Below, in pieces: positions 12,830 through 26,675 of a stretch of DNA of 64,000 nt. The notes below the pieces were generated by a model. The model was not told the DNA's origin. It ran no database searches and saw nothing but the letters and a program-made list of their open reading frames with translations. Where the stretch lies: assembly GCF_018350175.1 (NCBI RefSeq), contig NC_058368.1, positions 223,512,001-223,576,000 on the forward strand, given 5' to 3'. Both the position numbers and the translations under genes were made by a program. Position 1 is the first letter of the stretch. The number at the start of each line of letters is the position of its first letter. This DNA is from Felis catus. Lineage: Eukaryota.

Positions 12830-13728
12830 CAGTGGTGTGCTAGTAAATATTTAACAACCAGATATATATATGCATTTATATAAGTACATATGTTTATTGC
12901 CATTTTACTGGTATGAAAGACATGAAACACCCAATTTACAGTTATAAAACATGCATTACACTTTATGGTAAATTCCACATAGCCTACTGATTCTAACAGG
13001 ATGCTTGTGTTGATTTTTTTTTGTCAAACCATTGCATCCATTCACCACCTATTGTTGTAACTCAACGAATATTGCCAGAATCTTAAAATAAATAATGCTA
13101 ATTCAGCAAAGAAGTTGCTCAGGTCATTGACAAATAAGTTTGAGTGCTGGTTAATATTTTTTGTTTATATTAATGTGTAGTTAAAAGATGTCTGTATGTA
13201 CTTCACTTTTTCATCAATTACATGAATAATTTTTCTAAGTTTTCCTTAAAATATTTTATCAACTTTTCATATTTTCAAAATGTAATTGTTACACATGTGA
13301 GTTTAATATGCTTTACTTTCTAAGGTCTAGGCAATCACTGAATCAGTAAATGGAACCTTGATTTAGTCGCATTTGCTGAACTCCCTTGTGAAAATACTTA
13401 CACTGCCAATGATTTTCAAATTACTAAGATGACACCACAGAATATGGAGTTGGGAAAGGATCAAAAGTATAACACCATTCTATAAAATTTTGACAATATA
13501 GATAAAAGAGACATAAATGACACCAAGAGCACAAATAATAGTAAAATATAGTAATTCAATTAGAAAGTGATGAGTTTTCAGTATTTATTATTTTTTTAAA
13601 TACGATGTTGAATTGTAAATTTACTACTTAATTTTAATAATGGCTATATTTACTAACCAGCTTCTCAAATTCTTGAAATTTTAACAATCTGCTCCTGTGA
13701 TCTGGTCCTAGCTAACTCCAACACACTG
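12830..13728. mobile_element. Non-autonomous hAT DNA transposon (MER63-like) inserted in L2
   Basis: Left end cagtggtgtgctagtaaatatttaacaacc and right end ...ctccaacacactg form imperfect TIRs. It interrupts collinear L2 sequence. Confidence 0.7.
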
Positions 13729-14339
13729 CTATTACAGTCCTCATTAAAACGGCAAGCCCAAACTAGATGCTTCACACACCCCCCACCCTCCCAGCAATCA
13801 ATACAACCTAATCTTCAACATATAATGTAGGTAATTATTTTGCTTAAAATTTTTTTTTCACTAATCTGCCTTCTCTAGAATGTAAGCTTCATGAAGGCAG
13901 TGATTTTGTCTGTCTCTAACACAGAGCTGGATTCCAGTGGGCACTGTATAACTACTAGTTGGGGGAAGGACTGGCTTCATAGATAAAGGGATAAAAGAAT
14001 CAGTCCAAAGCCACTCTTCATGCTCATATGCTTGTATAATCTCTAACCTCAGATCCCTCAGGCTGCCATCAAAAAGGTCCTTCTCTATCTCCATCTTACT
14101 TGGACATTGGACTCTTTTACATATCTTTTCATATCTTGTGTTCTTATCTTAGGGTGTCTTCACCAATCCCTTTTGGGTCAAACTATCTCATATGGTTTTG
14201 CTTAAAGAATTTCATTAGTATAGACTCAAAGAACAGGCTTACATATTCCATATATATTTATTTTTTCTTGGCATGATCCGTTTTTTGTTTTTTTGTTTTT
14301 TTGTTTGTTTTTTTGTTTTGTTTTGTTTTTTTTGCTTAG

Positions 14340-14964
14340 TGTCATAGGTTGAATTGCCACACTCCCAAATTTATATGTTGGATTCCTAACCCTCAGCATG
14401 TGGCGTTATTTGGAAATAGATAGGGTCTTTACAGAAGTAGTCAAGTTAAATTGGGGTCTTAGGATGGTCCGTGATACAGTATTAGTGATATTCTTATGAA
14501 AAGGGAAAATTTGGACATAGAGATACTCTCACAGGAAACAGGATGTGACGATGCGGGAACAATGCCATGTGAGGATGAAAATGGCCATTTACAAGCTAAA
14601 GAGAAAGGCCTAGAACAGATCTAGCATTCACAGACCTCAGAAGGAACTGACTCTATCAATACCTTGATTTCAGACTTTTAGCTTCTGTAACTGTGAAGCA
14701 GTTATTTGTTTATTTGTTTATTTTTGAGAGAAAGCAAGAGTGAGTAGGAGAGGGGGAGACAGAGAGGGAGAGAGAGAGAATCCCAAGCAGGCTTGTGGAG
14801 CCCTATGTAGGGCTCAGTCTCACCAACTGTGAGGTCACAACCTGAGCCAAAATCAAGAGTTGGACTCTTAACTGACTGAATCACCCAGCTGCCCCAGTAA
14901 ATTTTTGTTTTTAAGCTTCCCAACTTGTGGCACCTTGTTGCAGCAGCCCTGGAAAATTTATACA
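14340..14964 (+). mobile_element. MaLR LTR (MLT1B-like) interrupted by a SINE
   Basis: tgtcataggttgaattg...ttatttggaaatag...accttgatttcagactt...gcagccctggaaaatttataca. Confidence 0.8.
14702..14895 (-). mobile_element. Can-SINE nested in MLT1
   Basis: gagaatcccaagcaggc...atcaagagttggactcttaactgactgaatcacccagctgcccc. Confidence 0.9.
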
Positions 14965-15544
14965 TTTAATATTCAAAGGAGGTAAATTAAATTTAGTAGG
15001 TTTATTTGTTTTATATCTTGTCTAGTATTATTCTAAATTCAAAACCTGATGCTCCGATGCATTTCTGTGGGTTTTAAAGCACTCTACTCATTCAGCTAAT
15101 ATTCATTAAGGACAGCTATGGGTTGGGGATTGTTTTAAGTAATGAGGGCACAGCAATGAAAACACAACGAATAAAAATCCTCGCCCTGTGAAGCTTTTAT
15201 TCTAGTGGAAAAGGACAAATTGTTGTCAAAATTAAAGAGTAAGTTAGTATAACAATAAGTAAATGAGAGCAATGGCAATACAAAACAGAAGTGAGTAAAA
15301 TTGAGGAAGACAGGACAAATGAAGTCTTCGGAAAACATAGCGATAGTACTCTGTGGCCAGTTTGCTGATGGAAAGATGAGAGTGGACGTTATTCAATGGA
15401 TTTAGCAACAAGGGAACTAACTCTTAAAAGTGAGATCACATGAGCATTTTCAGTGTAGTATACAGCTTCTATAAAGACGTGGAGAGTTTCCACAAGAAAT
15501 TAGGGGAAGCAAAGTAAGGTTACTGTTTGGTAAAAACAGATGCG

Positions 15545-15890
15545 TGATGCTGAGTCTCCTTTGAGGAAGGACTTGCAGCCAGGCTGGGGAGTGTGATCCA
15601 CACCCTACTGCCAGCTGTCAGCTCCTTCAAGATCTATCTCAAGTGCTGATAGACACCTTGCTGAAGCTAAGTCTTTCCAGGACAACCCTCATCTAGTGAC
15701 TGAGTGAGATGGGTTTTATAAAGGCTGGATGTATAAAGACTGGACCCTCAGGCAATACATCCCTGCCGCATTAGACTAAATGTTGTTGGATGTGCATCCC
15801 AGACTAATATCATCCTCTGTCCTTTTGTGTTCCCTCTCCATCCTTCACCGTTGATCACTAATAAATACCCTGTGCCCAAATCCTTAGTCA
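15545..15890 (+). mobile_element. Old ERVL LTR (LTR16-like)
   Basis: ccagctgtcagctccttca...tataaaggc...ctaataaata pattern. Confidence 0.55.
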
Positions 15891-17789
15891 CTATTTTCTA
15901 TTATATATAGATAACTCTTTTCACAGATTTGGCTACAAGAACTTGCATAAATTCAGGTTCTGTATACTTTTTTTTTTTAGATGACAGTCATTATATAGCA
16001 TGTGTTATGCAAAGATTAAAGAGGTGTTTACACCTTTCACAGAACAAATACAGAGAGCTCTAAGAATTCCAATACCTGTTAGCTTTCACTAACCTACCAT
16101 TTTATGATCTTATGCTCACTGGAGAAATAGAATAAAAGTTAACATTTGGTGGAAACTTTCTACTATTTGGTTGTTCATATCTGTACCCAACATATCCAGG
16201 ATACTATCTTTTAATTGTTGTTTTTTTTTCCTACTGTTGGGCAGACTCTCAATAAATCTATCTTATTAACCCAAGTTCCTCGTTTGAGCAACATGTCAAA
16301 TTATCTAGTATTCTCAGCAATCAACAGCATGACATATTTATCACTTTTTAATCATTGCTTCCTTTTACATGGTTGCAATTTCACCCATCAACAACATACT
16401 ACTCCATGAATCCAAATATTAGGAAAACACAGTAAAATTGTATAGCCAGAGAGAATAAAACGAATGTTTAATGTTTGCTCCTTAGCTACATTTTCTTGCC
16501 TAGGAATCCCTTCCTAGAAAAATATTCACATACTGGCTAAAAGCCCCACTCTACAAATCCTATAAGAAATATCTTTCCAGCCTCATCTTTCATGTGTTCA
16601 GGACTTTCTGTTTACTCTCTTTATCAAAAGACCAAGTATCTGTTCACATACTGATGGATTCAGCTTCCATGCCTCAAGTACTCAAAAAAGTAATAAATCC
16701 TATATCATTTTTCTGTCACACAGTAAAAACAACAGCATTTTGCATTTACATAATTCAAGCACTCAAGTATTTTGTGACTACCATTTAAATTAGAGTGTAA
16801 TACCCACCCTGCTATGGTGTACATTGTGTTACTATCCTTTAGCTTCTAGTGAAACATGTTACCAGATTATTAACTTTCTACATCACTTACATCTAGTAGA
16901 TGGTAAGAGTACACCCTGGCTACTATTATTGCTCACTGAAACCATTCAAGAATGTGGACAGATGAGGCTTTCATACATGAGGAAACTTCTTTCCCAGGAA
17001 TAAGATTCTTTCTATAAAACATTCATGTTTCTTTGAGTTACTTAATGTTCCTATTACTTCATGCGACTCACCTCTGTGCTTGAAAGGGATATCCATAACT
17101 TTTTTCCCAATTGATCCTACCATATTGCCTCTCAGTGATACTGGAGCTACAATGGGTACTCATCGATTACAAATTAATAATAAATGTATCTATAAATTAA
17201 TGAAAATTAGACATATACAATTGAATTCCTAGTCAAGTTTACACAATCCTTCTAATATCTTCCCCCAAATACTGTCAAACATGTTACCCTCTTACCATTC
17301 TTAAATTTGCAGAAAAATATAGGCAGTGGCATGGTTGCATGATTAATTTGTTATATTTTTACATTAGACTTATATTTAAAAAATCAAAAGCAATGAGAAT
17401 TCATGGCCATGTTTGAAGGCCAAGGGATTAGTTTACTATATTCTAAAATTACATTTGCAGTTTTCTTGTGTTTCTTCTTGAATATACTTTAATCTTCTGA
17501 CAACATTCTTTAACTTTTAGTCTCAAAACTTCAGTCACTGGAATTGTCCACCAGTGCCTTAACAATTCAGTGTTAGATTATGTGCCAAAAGAAATAAACA
17601 TATAAATATGTATACCCTTGAAATCTTAAAGTAATTTTAGTGATTGGATATATGAATTTGCTTCTGTATTGCATATGTGTTATATGTGACATATATAAAA
17701 TGTGTTTATAATATATGTGCATACATACATATTCATACATATGGAATGCATAATGTGATAAACACCTTATTGAAAATGAAATGCCTTTT

Positions 17790-18015
17790 TGTTTTTTATT
17801 TTATTTTTTAATGTTTATTTCTTTTTTTGAAAGAGAGAGAGAGAGAGAGAGAGAGCACAAGCAGGGGAGAGGCAGAGAGAGGGGGAGACACAGAATCCGA
17901 AGCAAGCTCCAGGCTCTGAGCTGTCAGCAAAGAGCCTGATGTGGGGCTTGAACCCACCAACCAAGAGATCATGACCTGAGCCAGACGCTCAACCTACTGA
18001 GACACCAGGCACCCC
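17790..18015 (-). mobile_element. Can-SINE
   Basis: Full body. aatgcctt occurs on both flanks. Confidence 0.9.
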
Positions 18016-18778
18016 AACAATGCCTTCTTAAATTATTAGAGTATGATATAGTGAATCATAAAATAAAACCATACTCTAAAAAGAAAATAAAACTTTCTTT
18101 TAAAAATCAAGAAAGCAGATAGTGTAATACTTAAATTGGTACTATAGAGAAATCATCAATTTTGAGTTACTTATGGACCTATGTTCTCAACTATACCCTT
18201 ACTAATAGAACTAGACATTGGTATATATGTTTATATTTATAAAGCAATGTTTTAGTGTTTTTCTTAATTAATGGTTTCAAATATAGTTAGCAAATATTTC
18301 AAATGTTTCAATATAGTAATATTAAATATTCTTTCTTAAATGGTAACTACAACCAAAAAAAATCCTATATAAAGAATCTTACATTTTTAAATGAGTTTTA
18401 AGCATCATAAATAAAAACTAAAGAAAAAATAAATAAATTATGGAGAAATAAGAAGCAGAAAAAAAAAAAAACTATGCCAACGTTTCAATAGGCATAATAT
18501 ATCTACGTGATAAACTTAATATTTCTTATTTGTATATGCATTTGAGGCCATCAATTTTTTATAAATTATGTGAACAAGTATTTTGGAATAATCATACTTA
18601 AGTACTTCTGGATTTCTTTTTAATTATTATTTCATTATTATTTTCTCCAAAAATGCATTTCTATTTAAGGTAGAGTATTTCTACAAACATTCAATATTTA
18701 GTAATAAAATATTTTTATCTAATATTTTAAGACTTTGAAATTATGTTTCCAATTTCTTGATTAAAAAATCTCTTAAAA

Positions 18779-18990
18779 GGGATACCTGAATGGCTCAGTC
18801 GGTTGAGTCGTTCGACTCTTGATTATGTCTCAGGTCATGATCCCAGGCTTGTGGGATTGAGCCGCTCTTGGGACTCCACACGGAGCATGAAGTCTGCTTA
18901 AAATTCTCTCTCTTTCTCCCTCTTCCCCTCTCCCCCACTCACACTCACGCCCTCTCTCTCAAATAAAATAAAATAATAAAAATAAAAATA
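18779..18990 (+). mobile_element. Can-SINE (older type)
   Basis: ggctcagtcggttgag...gactcttgatt...caggtcatgatc, CT tract and A tail. Confidence 0.88.
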
Positions 18991-19489
18991 ATGCATAAAG
19001 TCTCATAAATATCATAAATAATATTATTCTCCATAGCATGCACATCTCCAGATGATAAGAATCTTAAAACTTCATTATTTATAGAAATTATATGTCATGT
19101 GTTCAATGCATATCAATTATATGGAGGTCAGTTTCTTTTTATCTTTCAAATACAATTTTTACCTGGACCAATAGAATATATGCACCGTAGCAGAAATATT
19201 TGAAATGTGTGTGTTTATGTATATGTATTTTTATATGCACTCCAACTCTGGAGAGAAGGTTTGGGTGGGTAGGTGGAAGAGAGAGAAAAGAAAGGAAGAA
19301 AAAATAATATTGAGGAAATATATAGTCTTGATTTAATAATGTTGGGATAGATCTAGAATGCCAACTATGAGTAATAAATGTCTGTGCATGTATTATATGT
19401 GTGTGCATGTGTATGTGTGTGTATTTGTGTGCATATATATTTGTGTGTGTGTGCGTGTGCGTGCGTGTGTGTGTATTCCAAATTTGAAT

Positions 19490-19960
19490 GCCATTGCTGT
19501 GTAGCAAATTACCCCCAAACCCAGAGTTTTCAAAACAACAGTGATTTTGGAAATCAGGAAGTTTAGCAGGGCTTGTCTGAGTAATTATTTGATCCATGTG
19601 GCATTGGTCCCGTTACTTGGTGGCATTCAGTTGATACCTGGACTTGTACGGATGTGTAAAGATGTGTCTACTCATATGCCTAGTGCCTCAGTGAGAAAAG
19701 CTGGAGGAGCTCAGATGGATCTGTTGCCCTTTCTATCTCAGGGCTTCTCTATGTGCTCTCTCAGGCTGGGTAGCTAGACTACTTGCATGACAGCATATGG
19801 CTCTCAAAGACCAAGGGAGAAGTTTTCAGTACTTTTAAGTCCAGGGCATAAAATGCAATAATGTGACTTCCATTGTACTGCATTCATCAAATCAATCATA
19901 GTTCAGCCCTGATTAGCAGTATTGGTATTTGATTCCCTGCAAAAAGAATATAAACAGGTA
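19490..19960 (-). mobile_element. Old MaLR LTR (MLT1-like)
   Basis: attgctgtgtagcaaattacccccaaac end motif. Preceded by a (TG)n tract at about 19378-19474. Confidence 0.6.
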
Positions 19961-20274
19961 ATGGCCTCTTGGAGCAAGATGAATCTTTCCTTTCTAAGTT
20001 GACCACTCTTTCTTCTATTGTCCAAAAGACTCAATCCTTAGCTTTTGGGGTCACATCTTTCAGTTACCCAAAATTACCCACTATTTGTCTGACATCTTCT
20101 TGCCATTATTCAAAACTTGGATTCCAACGCTATCAGAATCCAGCCAGGACAAGGCGACCAGACATTGTTTCTGAAACACATTGTCAAGATGCAGACATAT
20201 TCCCAAAATCCATTTCAGCCTCTTTGCAGCATTTTCTCTGATTTACTCAAAAGAAATCAGATAATCATAGGGAA

Positions 20275-20450
20275 GTGATTGTGACAGCAGACTCTGAATT
20301 CTAATTGTATGGACTGAATGTTGGCTATCTCAAACTTGACTGTCCTTGGGCAGTTTTCTTATCCTTTCTACTCTTGTAATCCTTTTTTTAATGGGATAAT
20401 ATGAATAACTTCCATAGGCATTTGATGTGAGAATCTAGTGTGATGATCAA
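20275..20450 (+). mobile_element. MIR
   Basis: gtccttgggcagttttctt...aatgggataat...ccatagg...tgtgagaat. Confidence 0.6.
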
Positions 20451-22549
20451 CATAAAGCATTATTCATAATGCTTGATAAATACTTAATAACTGCCTGTAG
20501 TTCCATCATTATCATCATCATCACCATTGAAATTTATTCCCAGATAGTTTTTTTAAGTCCATAGTTTATTTTATCCATATAGTGCTGTCTCATTATATTT
20601 TTGATGAATGGGGTAGTCATGCTGAAAGCCTGAAAATATATAAACTATTTGTCTTTCACAAATGCCCTGGCAGCCCTGTGATTTTATTAGTATGGTTATT
20701 AAATATATTAACTAGCAAGACTGATCTTTTGAAGTTATAGATCACATTGAAATACCAATAACAGATATAAAAATAAATAAAATAGGAAAAAAGAAAAAGT
20801 CAAAATCATTCAAAATAAGTATCTTTGATGATAGATCAATATAACGATATTCTCCTTAAATCTGTCTGATTTATGACTCTAAATCCACAGAGATGGTAAC
20901 ACTTACTTTTGTATGATGTTCCTCTCTCTTTTCTCTCTGCCTTTCTCCCTCTCCCTCCTCCCACCCTCTCTTTTGTCACTCTTTCAAAACAGGTCAAGCC
21001 TCTCTTGTAGACGCCACAGGTTAATTCTTTGAAATAATGTCACTGTAGTGTTAGGATTTTAATGTCAGGAAGTCCTGGGTTATATTTAAAGTTTTGTAAG
21101 TTTCTGGTCTAGGGAGAATTTTTTTTTAAGCTTTGAGCTTTTCCTCTCATGAAGTGTATGGGGAAAATATATGAGATATATATACCTGAAAGGAGAACCT
21201 AAGTCCATACTCAAAACTCGTGAATTCTTCCTCCTTTTATCCTCAGGAGAAATAAAATGCTTCACCATCAATTTTCAAGGTAGGAAGAGAAAAAATATAG
21301 AGGAGGAAAATTGAATCTTCCTACTAAAGCATAAAAATGTCTTCCTTCATGAATTTATGGTTGTTAATTCCATGAGTCATAGCTGGAGGCTAAATATGTC
21401 GAGGGGTTTTGTTTTTGTTTTAATTCTAGGATGCCAGTGTTTAATATAATACATATTTTTTCTTTAAAAATGAAATCAGTTATATAACAAAAATGGAAAT
21501 AAATATCTGAAGTTAATCTGTTACCCACTGACACTTTAGAGTCTCAAATATGGGAAATGTAGCTCTAGAGATAACCTTGCATCTGCTCAGCCATAGCTAG
21601 TAGTAATAACATCTGACAAGTAGTGAAGCTTAGTCAGTCTTGACTTTACAGGGACAGCAACAAAGCTATTCAAACCACCAATCCCATGAGGAACAAAACA
21701 GAGAAACAGAGTATTTGAATCACTGAGAACCTAATCCCTACCATTCTCTTATGATCATTTTCCAGTGAATCCAATCTCTATAGCTATATACATTCAAAAT
21801 CCTTTGTTCATGTCAGATGACCATGTAAGATGAACACACCTTCTTTACAAGGCGATCCTACTTCTACATTTACCCTTCCATAACCTACAAACATTCCATT
21901 CTGCCATAAAGTACTCTTTGGTCCATTCTCATCCATTTTGATAACTATGACCTATGAAATCTGGATTTTGTTTCTCACTTAATGAAATACATTTTCTGTA
22001 TTACTTAACTTTACAGATTTGGATACCTATTTCCCTATCAGTAAATACCCTAATCATAACATTCTAATATCATAAGCTCTGTCTTATATGTGTCTGGATC
22101 CCACATTTTAAACAGAGCAGAAACATATTCAGCATATGTTGAATTGGTGATGAGTGAAGAAAATAGATTGCTGGAACTGTGTTGTTAATGGATACATATA
22201 GATTCAATGTCAATGAAGACAAGAAATTATGGAAGCCACATTATCCTTACAAAGTCAGAAAGGGAAATACAGAATATGTAGCAGTACATGATATACTAAA
22301 TATTGAAACAAACAGCAGTCAAATAGCTAACATAAAGAATTTTCCAGATACCTAGAACACTACAGTAAGGAAGTTGGAAAGATGAATTATTACTACCAAG
22401 ACTTTAAGTGTCATCATGTAAAAGATGACTAATGAAACTTCTAAACATTTCTAAATGTCTCAGTTGTTCATTTTTTTTAAAGAAACAGATATTCCAATGA
22501 AATAATGAGCATCTTGAGGACAGATATGTTGTCTTCTGAACTCTAGGTG

Positions 22550-22735
22550 AATATCTCAAATTTGATCATTCATGAGAATCACAGAAGGAACTTGCCACAA
22601 ATACTGATCTTTGGGCCCACTTCCCGGGATTCTGATTAAGTAGATCAAAGGTGGCTTCCTTAAAGTTGCATGATAATTGGCATTCCATGTAATTCTGTTA
22701 CTAAGTGCACTTGTATCACATTCAGGAAACAGTGG
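22550..22735. mobile_element. MER5-like hAT-Charlie fossil
   Basis: tctcaaa...agaatcac...gggcccac...gattctgatt. Similar fragments occur near 2975-3075, 25190-25285 and 60030-60160. Confidence 0.55.
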
Positions 22736-23960
22736 GACTCCAGTATATTTTAATATACATTAAGTAATGATATAATAGACTTCAAAATAATGAGGCATCA
22801 ATTGGACAAATTAAGAAAACACACTTTTGAGTTCAAGTGCATAAGGTAGTTTAGACATGGAAGAAAACTTGTTTCTCTTATAAGTGCAAATACGTACCTT
22901 AGGTGTTTCTGTATGGATTTGAATGTGCATGCTGGTTTATTTGTTCTAACTTGTAGGAATTTTATTTTGCAGTCTTGTGAAGTATTATCTAATGAACTAG
23001 ATTTGTACATTTCCATCTTAAGTTCTTTATAGTGGATAAAAATGCAAGAAAACATTTTGGAGAATATATTGTTATATAGGAATATCCTCAGTCAGGGAAC
23101 AAAAACATATGGTAGGCCAGTGAGTCGGGTTCAACACCTAATGCTTATAACCACAGATGAGTTTTCAATGTTATGAACTTGTATTCAGCAGAGAGTAATT
23201 CCCAGTTACAGACCCCTACATATCATGGTGATTGGGAAGCGGTAGTCAGAAGGTAATTTGCAGGCAGTGGGGCACCTGCAATCGTTTACCAGGAAGCTAA
23301 TAAGAAACAAAACAAAATGATACAAGGGTAATCATATCCTGTCGATTCAACCCAGCATCACAAGAGAATAAGAGGCAACATTTCCAGTTAAAATGTTTGA
23401 AGTAAACATTGCTAGTGAAGCTTATCCAACAAACATTCAGAATATGCCATTGCCAGTTGCCTAGCATGCATGGAAAGGACAGAGTTTACTTTAAAATAAT
23501 CAAACAATGAAATAATTTTAGGTAATGTAGCTGCTCTGTATTTTTTCTTTAAAAATTTACTTACAGGCCATGTTGTAGATAAGTATGTCCATATTAAGTT
23601 TATGTGGAAGGCAAAAGTAAGTTACAGTACAATCGCCAGGTAGATGGATACATCACAGAAAAAGCCAAACAAACAAACAAACAAATATGATTTATTACTT
23701 GGAATGTGTAAATATAGTTTATCCGAGCCTTGCATAAGAGTGTAACCTTCACAGTTTTGAAAAATAAACATTACCATTGCATATTATTTGTCGTCTGTGT
23801 GCATGTATGTATTCCCATATGTATATTCATTTATTGGCAATGCAAGATGGAGATAAAAGGTAAAGAAATGTGTAAATACATAATGGTAGCACTTCATCTT
23901 TTGAGTTTTGTCTTTTCAAAGTGTCCTGTACCCACATGCATTGGACTCACCTGTGGGGCT

Positions 23961-24600
23961 TGTTAAGGCTGTTGGGCATGGTCAGTGAGAGGATGGTCCC
24001 TCCAATTGACCACAAACTGAACCCAGGCAATCAGAGGCTCCTCACTCTCTCTCTTGTCCTTGGAATAGGCTTTCCACCCACCATTCCCAGAGTGGAAACA
24101 GTTTTTAAGAAAGCAGCTTTGAGAGAGTAATGTGTTGTTGAGACTATCTAGACCATATATGTGACTAAACCCAGCTAAGGCCTCTATATAAACTTTTAGA
24201 AAAATTACTGGTGGGTGGGTATGGAGATACATTCATCCTACAGTTTGCCCAGATGAGTCTTATATGTAAGCTCCTTTGCTTATTAAAAATTCCACCTTCT
24301 GGGATGCCTGGGTGGCTCAGTTGGTTGACTGTGGACTCGTTTGCTGCTCACATCATGATCTCATGGTTCATGGGATTGAACCCACATTGGGCTCCATGCT
24401 GACAGCGTAGAGCCTGCTTGGGATTCTCTCTCTCTCCTTTCTCTTTGCCCCTCCCCTCAACTAATTTGTGTGACCCCACCCCCAATAAAATAAATGAGCA
24501 TTAAAAAAATAAACAAAAACAAACATATCTGCCACCTACCTATTTGGAATGTTCTGCCTCTTTCTTTGGTCTCCCTGTTTGAGGCCTAATTTCTTAAATC
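23961..24600 (+). mobile_element. ERV LTR interrupted by a SINE
   Basis: Starts tgttaagg, with TATA-like ctatataaa (about 24185) and attaaa (about 24283). It resumes at ccacct after the SINE. Confidence 0.55.
24301..24525 (+). mobile_element. Can-SINE nested in an LTR
   Basis: gggatgcctgggtggctcag...gagcctgcttgggattctctc. Confidence 0.88.
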
Positions 24601-24601
24601 A

Positions 24602-25145
24602 TTGATGGAATGAATATTTGTGTACTTCCCCCCACCCCAATTCATTATGTTGAAATTCTAGCTCCCAATAGGGGCCCCTGGGTGGCTTAGTCAGTTGAGC
24701 ATCAAACTTTGGCTCAGGTCATGATCTCACAGTTTATGGATTCCAGCCCCACGTTGGGCTCTGTGCTGACAGCTCAGAGCCTGGAGCCTGCTTAGAATTC
24801 TGTGTTTCCCTCTCTCTCTGCCCCTCCCCTACTCTCTCTCTTTTTCTCCCTCTCAAAAATAAACATTAAAAAAATTTTTAAGGTAATTAGTTTTAGATTA
24901 GGTCATGAGAGTGGGGCCCTCAAGACAGGATTAGTAGATTTATAAGAAGTCGAAGAGAGCAATCTTTCTCTTTTTCTTTCTCCCTGTGCACAAACTGAGG
25001 GAAAGCCATAGGAAAACATAGTGAGTAGGCAGTTGCCTGCCTGCAAGCCAGGAAGAGAGCTCTCACCAGGAACCTGGCACCTTGATCTTCCCAGTCCCTA
25101 AAAAGTGTGTGAAATAAGTCTCTATGGCTAAAGCAAGGCAGCCTA
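24602..25145 (+). mobile_element. MaLR LTR (MLT1A-like) with a nested SINE
   Basis: atggaatgaatatttgtgt...attaggtcatgagagtggggccctc...ggcaccttgatctt. Confidence 0.75.
24671..24880 (+). mobile_element. Can-SINE (felid type)
   Basis: Full body with ctgtgctgacagctcagagcctggagcctgc. Confidence 0.9.
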
Positions 25146-25501
25146 AGCATAAGAATGCAGTAGTCAATTAGAGCTGTAAGTAGGCCAGACCCACTCCAAA
25201 TCACTAAATCAGAGACCCTAGGGCCTGGGTCCAAGGCAATCTCAAGGGAGTATTGAATCAAAGTCAAGTTTGAAAGCCACTAGCAATATTGTAAAAATGA
25301 AGCTAACTGAATAAATGATCACCCACACTGGTACACTGTTTAGAATGAAAGGGAGTGCTTTAATAGTTAAGCAAAGACAGGGATATTCTGAAAATGACTT
25401 GGGAAAACCAGCACATAAATATCCCTTTGAGTAGATAGCTTCACATTTAACTCGTAAAGTAATTTTGCTTAATGTTTTCCTATTTTAAAATGTAGCATCT
25501 T

Positions 25502-25715
25502 GGGGCACCTGGGTGGCTCAGTCGGTTGAGCGTCCGACTTCGGCTCAGGTCACGATCTCACGGTTCCTGAGTTCGGGCCCCGCGTCGGGCTCTGGGCTGA
25601 TGGCTCGGAGCCTGGAGCCTGCTTCCGATTCTGTGTCTCCCTCTCTCTCTGCCCCTCCCCAATTCATGCTCTGTCTCTCTCTGTCCCAAAAATAAATAAA
25701 CGTTAAAAAAAATTT
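25502..25715 (+). mobile_element. Young CpG-rich felid Can-SINE
   Basis: Many CpGs retained. TSD aaatgtagcatc on both flanks. Confidence 0.95.
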
Positions 25716-26462
25716 TTAAATGTAGCATCCTGAGAAAAGTGGAGCAAAATCAATATGTATATGTGTATGTGTGTGTACATGTGTGTGTACATGTGTGTAT
25801 ATGAGTGTAAGTACATATGTGTATGTGTGCGTGTGTGTGTGTGTGTGTGTGTACTTATTCAAAATATATATTTAATTCTGTAAAAAAGCCGGCTATTGTG
25901 CTAAGCATTGAGAATGGAAAGTAACTTATGATTACTTTTTAACTTGTTTTTCTTTTTATTTTCATTTCTTTCCCAAATTATTGGGAAAGTATGTTTGCCA
26001 TTTTTTTCCTATCTTCTTTAAACATTGTTTATATTTGCTAGTAAATTTATCAAATCTCAATATTTATAAAAACAATTTAATACTGATTAAATATCTATGC
26101 AAATGATTACCAACATGGACGAAAGATTGTTCATCCATGATGGTAGAACTAATCTCTTAATAGATGGACAGAACAAGAAGAGTTCATGATAATTCTGGCT
26201 GCTTGGAGTGTGTACAGAAGTCTTCTGCAGGGTGAGAGGGATCAAGGAGCAGGAAGGAACATTCAGATTTTGTTACAAGATCTTGCAATCTTGGATCAGG
26301 GATGTTAAAACTTTTTTGAACCAATACTATCCATCTGCAAGTAATCAGGTAATATGCTAGTATTTTAAACTATAAAATTAGAATGTGTTTTATATTGTTT
26401 AAACTTAATAATCGATTCCTCTGGAACAATTTGTGACATTTGCTTAAGAAATAATGCATTCA

Positions 26463-26675
26463 GGGGCGCCTGGGTAGCTCAATTGGTTAAGCATCTGGCT
26501 TCGGCTCAGGTCACAATCTCACCATCTGTGAGTTCAGGCCCCGCATCAGGCTCTGTGCTTGCGGCTCAGAGCCTGGAACCCACTTCGGATTCTGTGTCTC
26601 CCTCTCTCTGCCCCTCCCCTGCTCACGTTCTGCCTCTCTCTCTCTCAAAAATAAACATTTAAAAATTTAAAAAAA
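26463..26675 (+). mobile_element. Can-SINE (felid type)
   Basis: Full body and A tail. Confidence 0.9.

Noticed and set aside
25502..25590. tRNA-like A/B-box sequence recurring about 30 times
   Set aside because: These are Can-SINE heads followed by a CT tract, A tail and TSDs, so they are not tRNA genes. The recurring MAQSV.../GHDLTV... ORFs are SINE translations.
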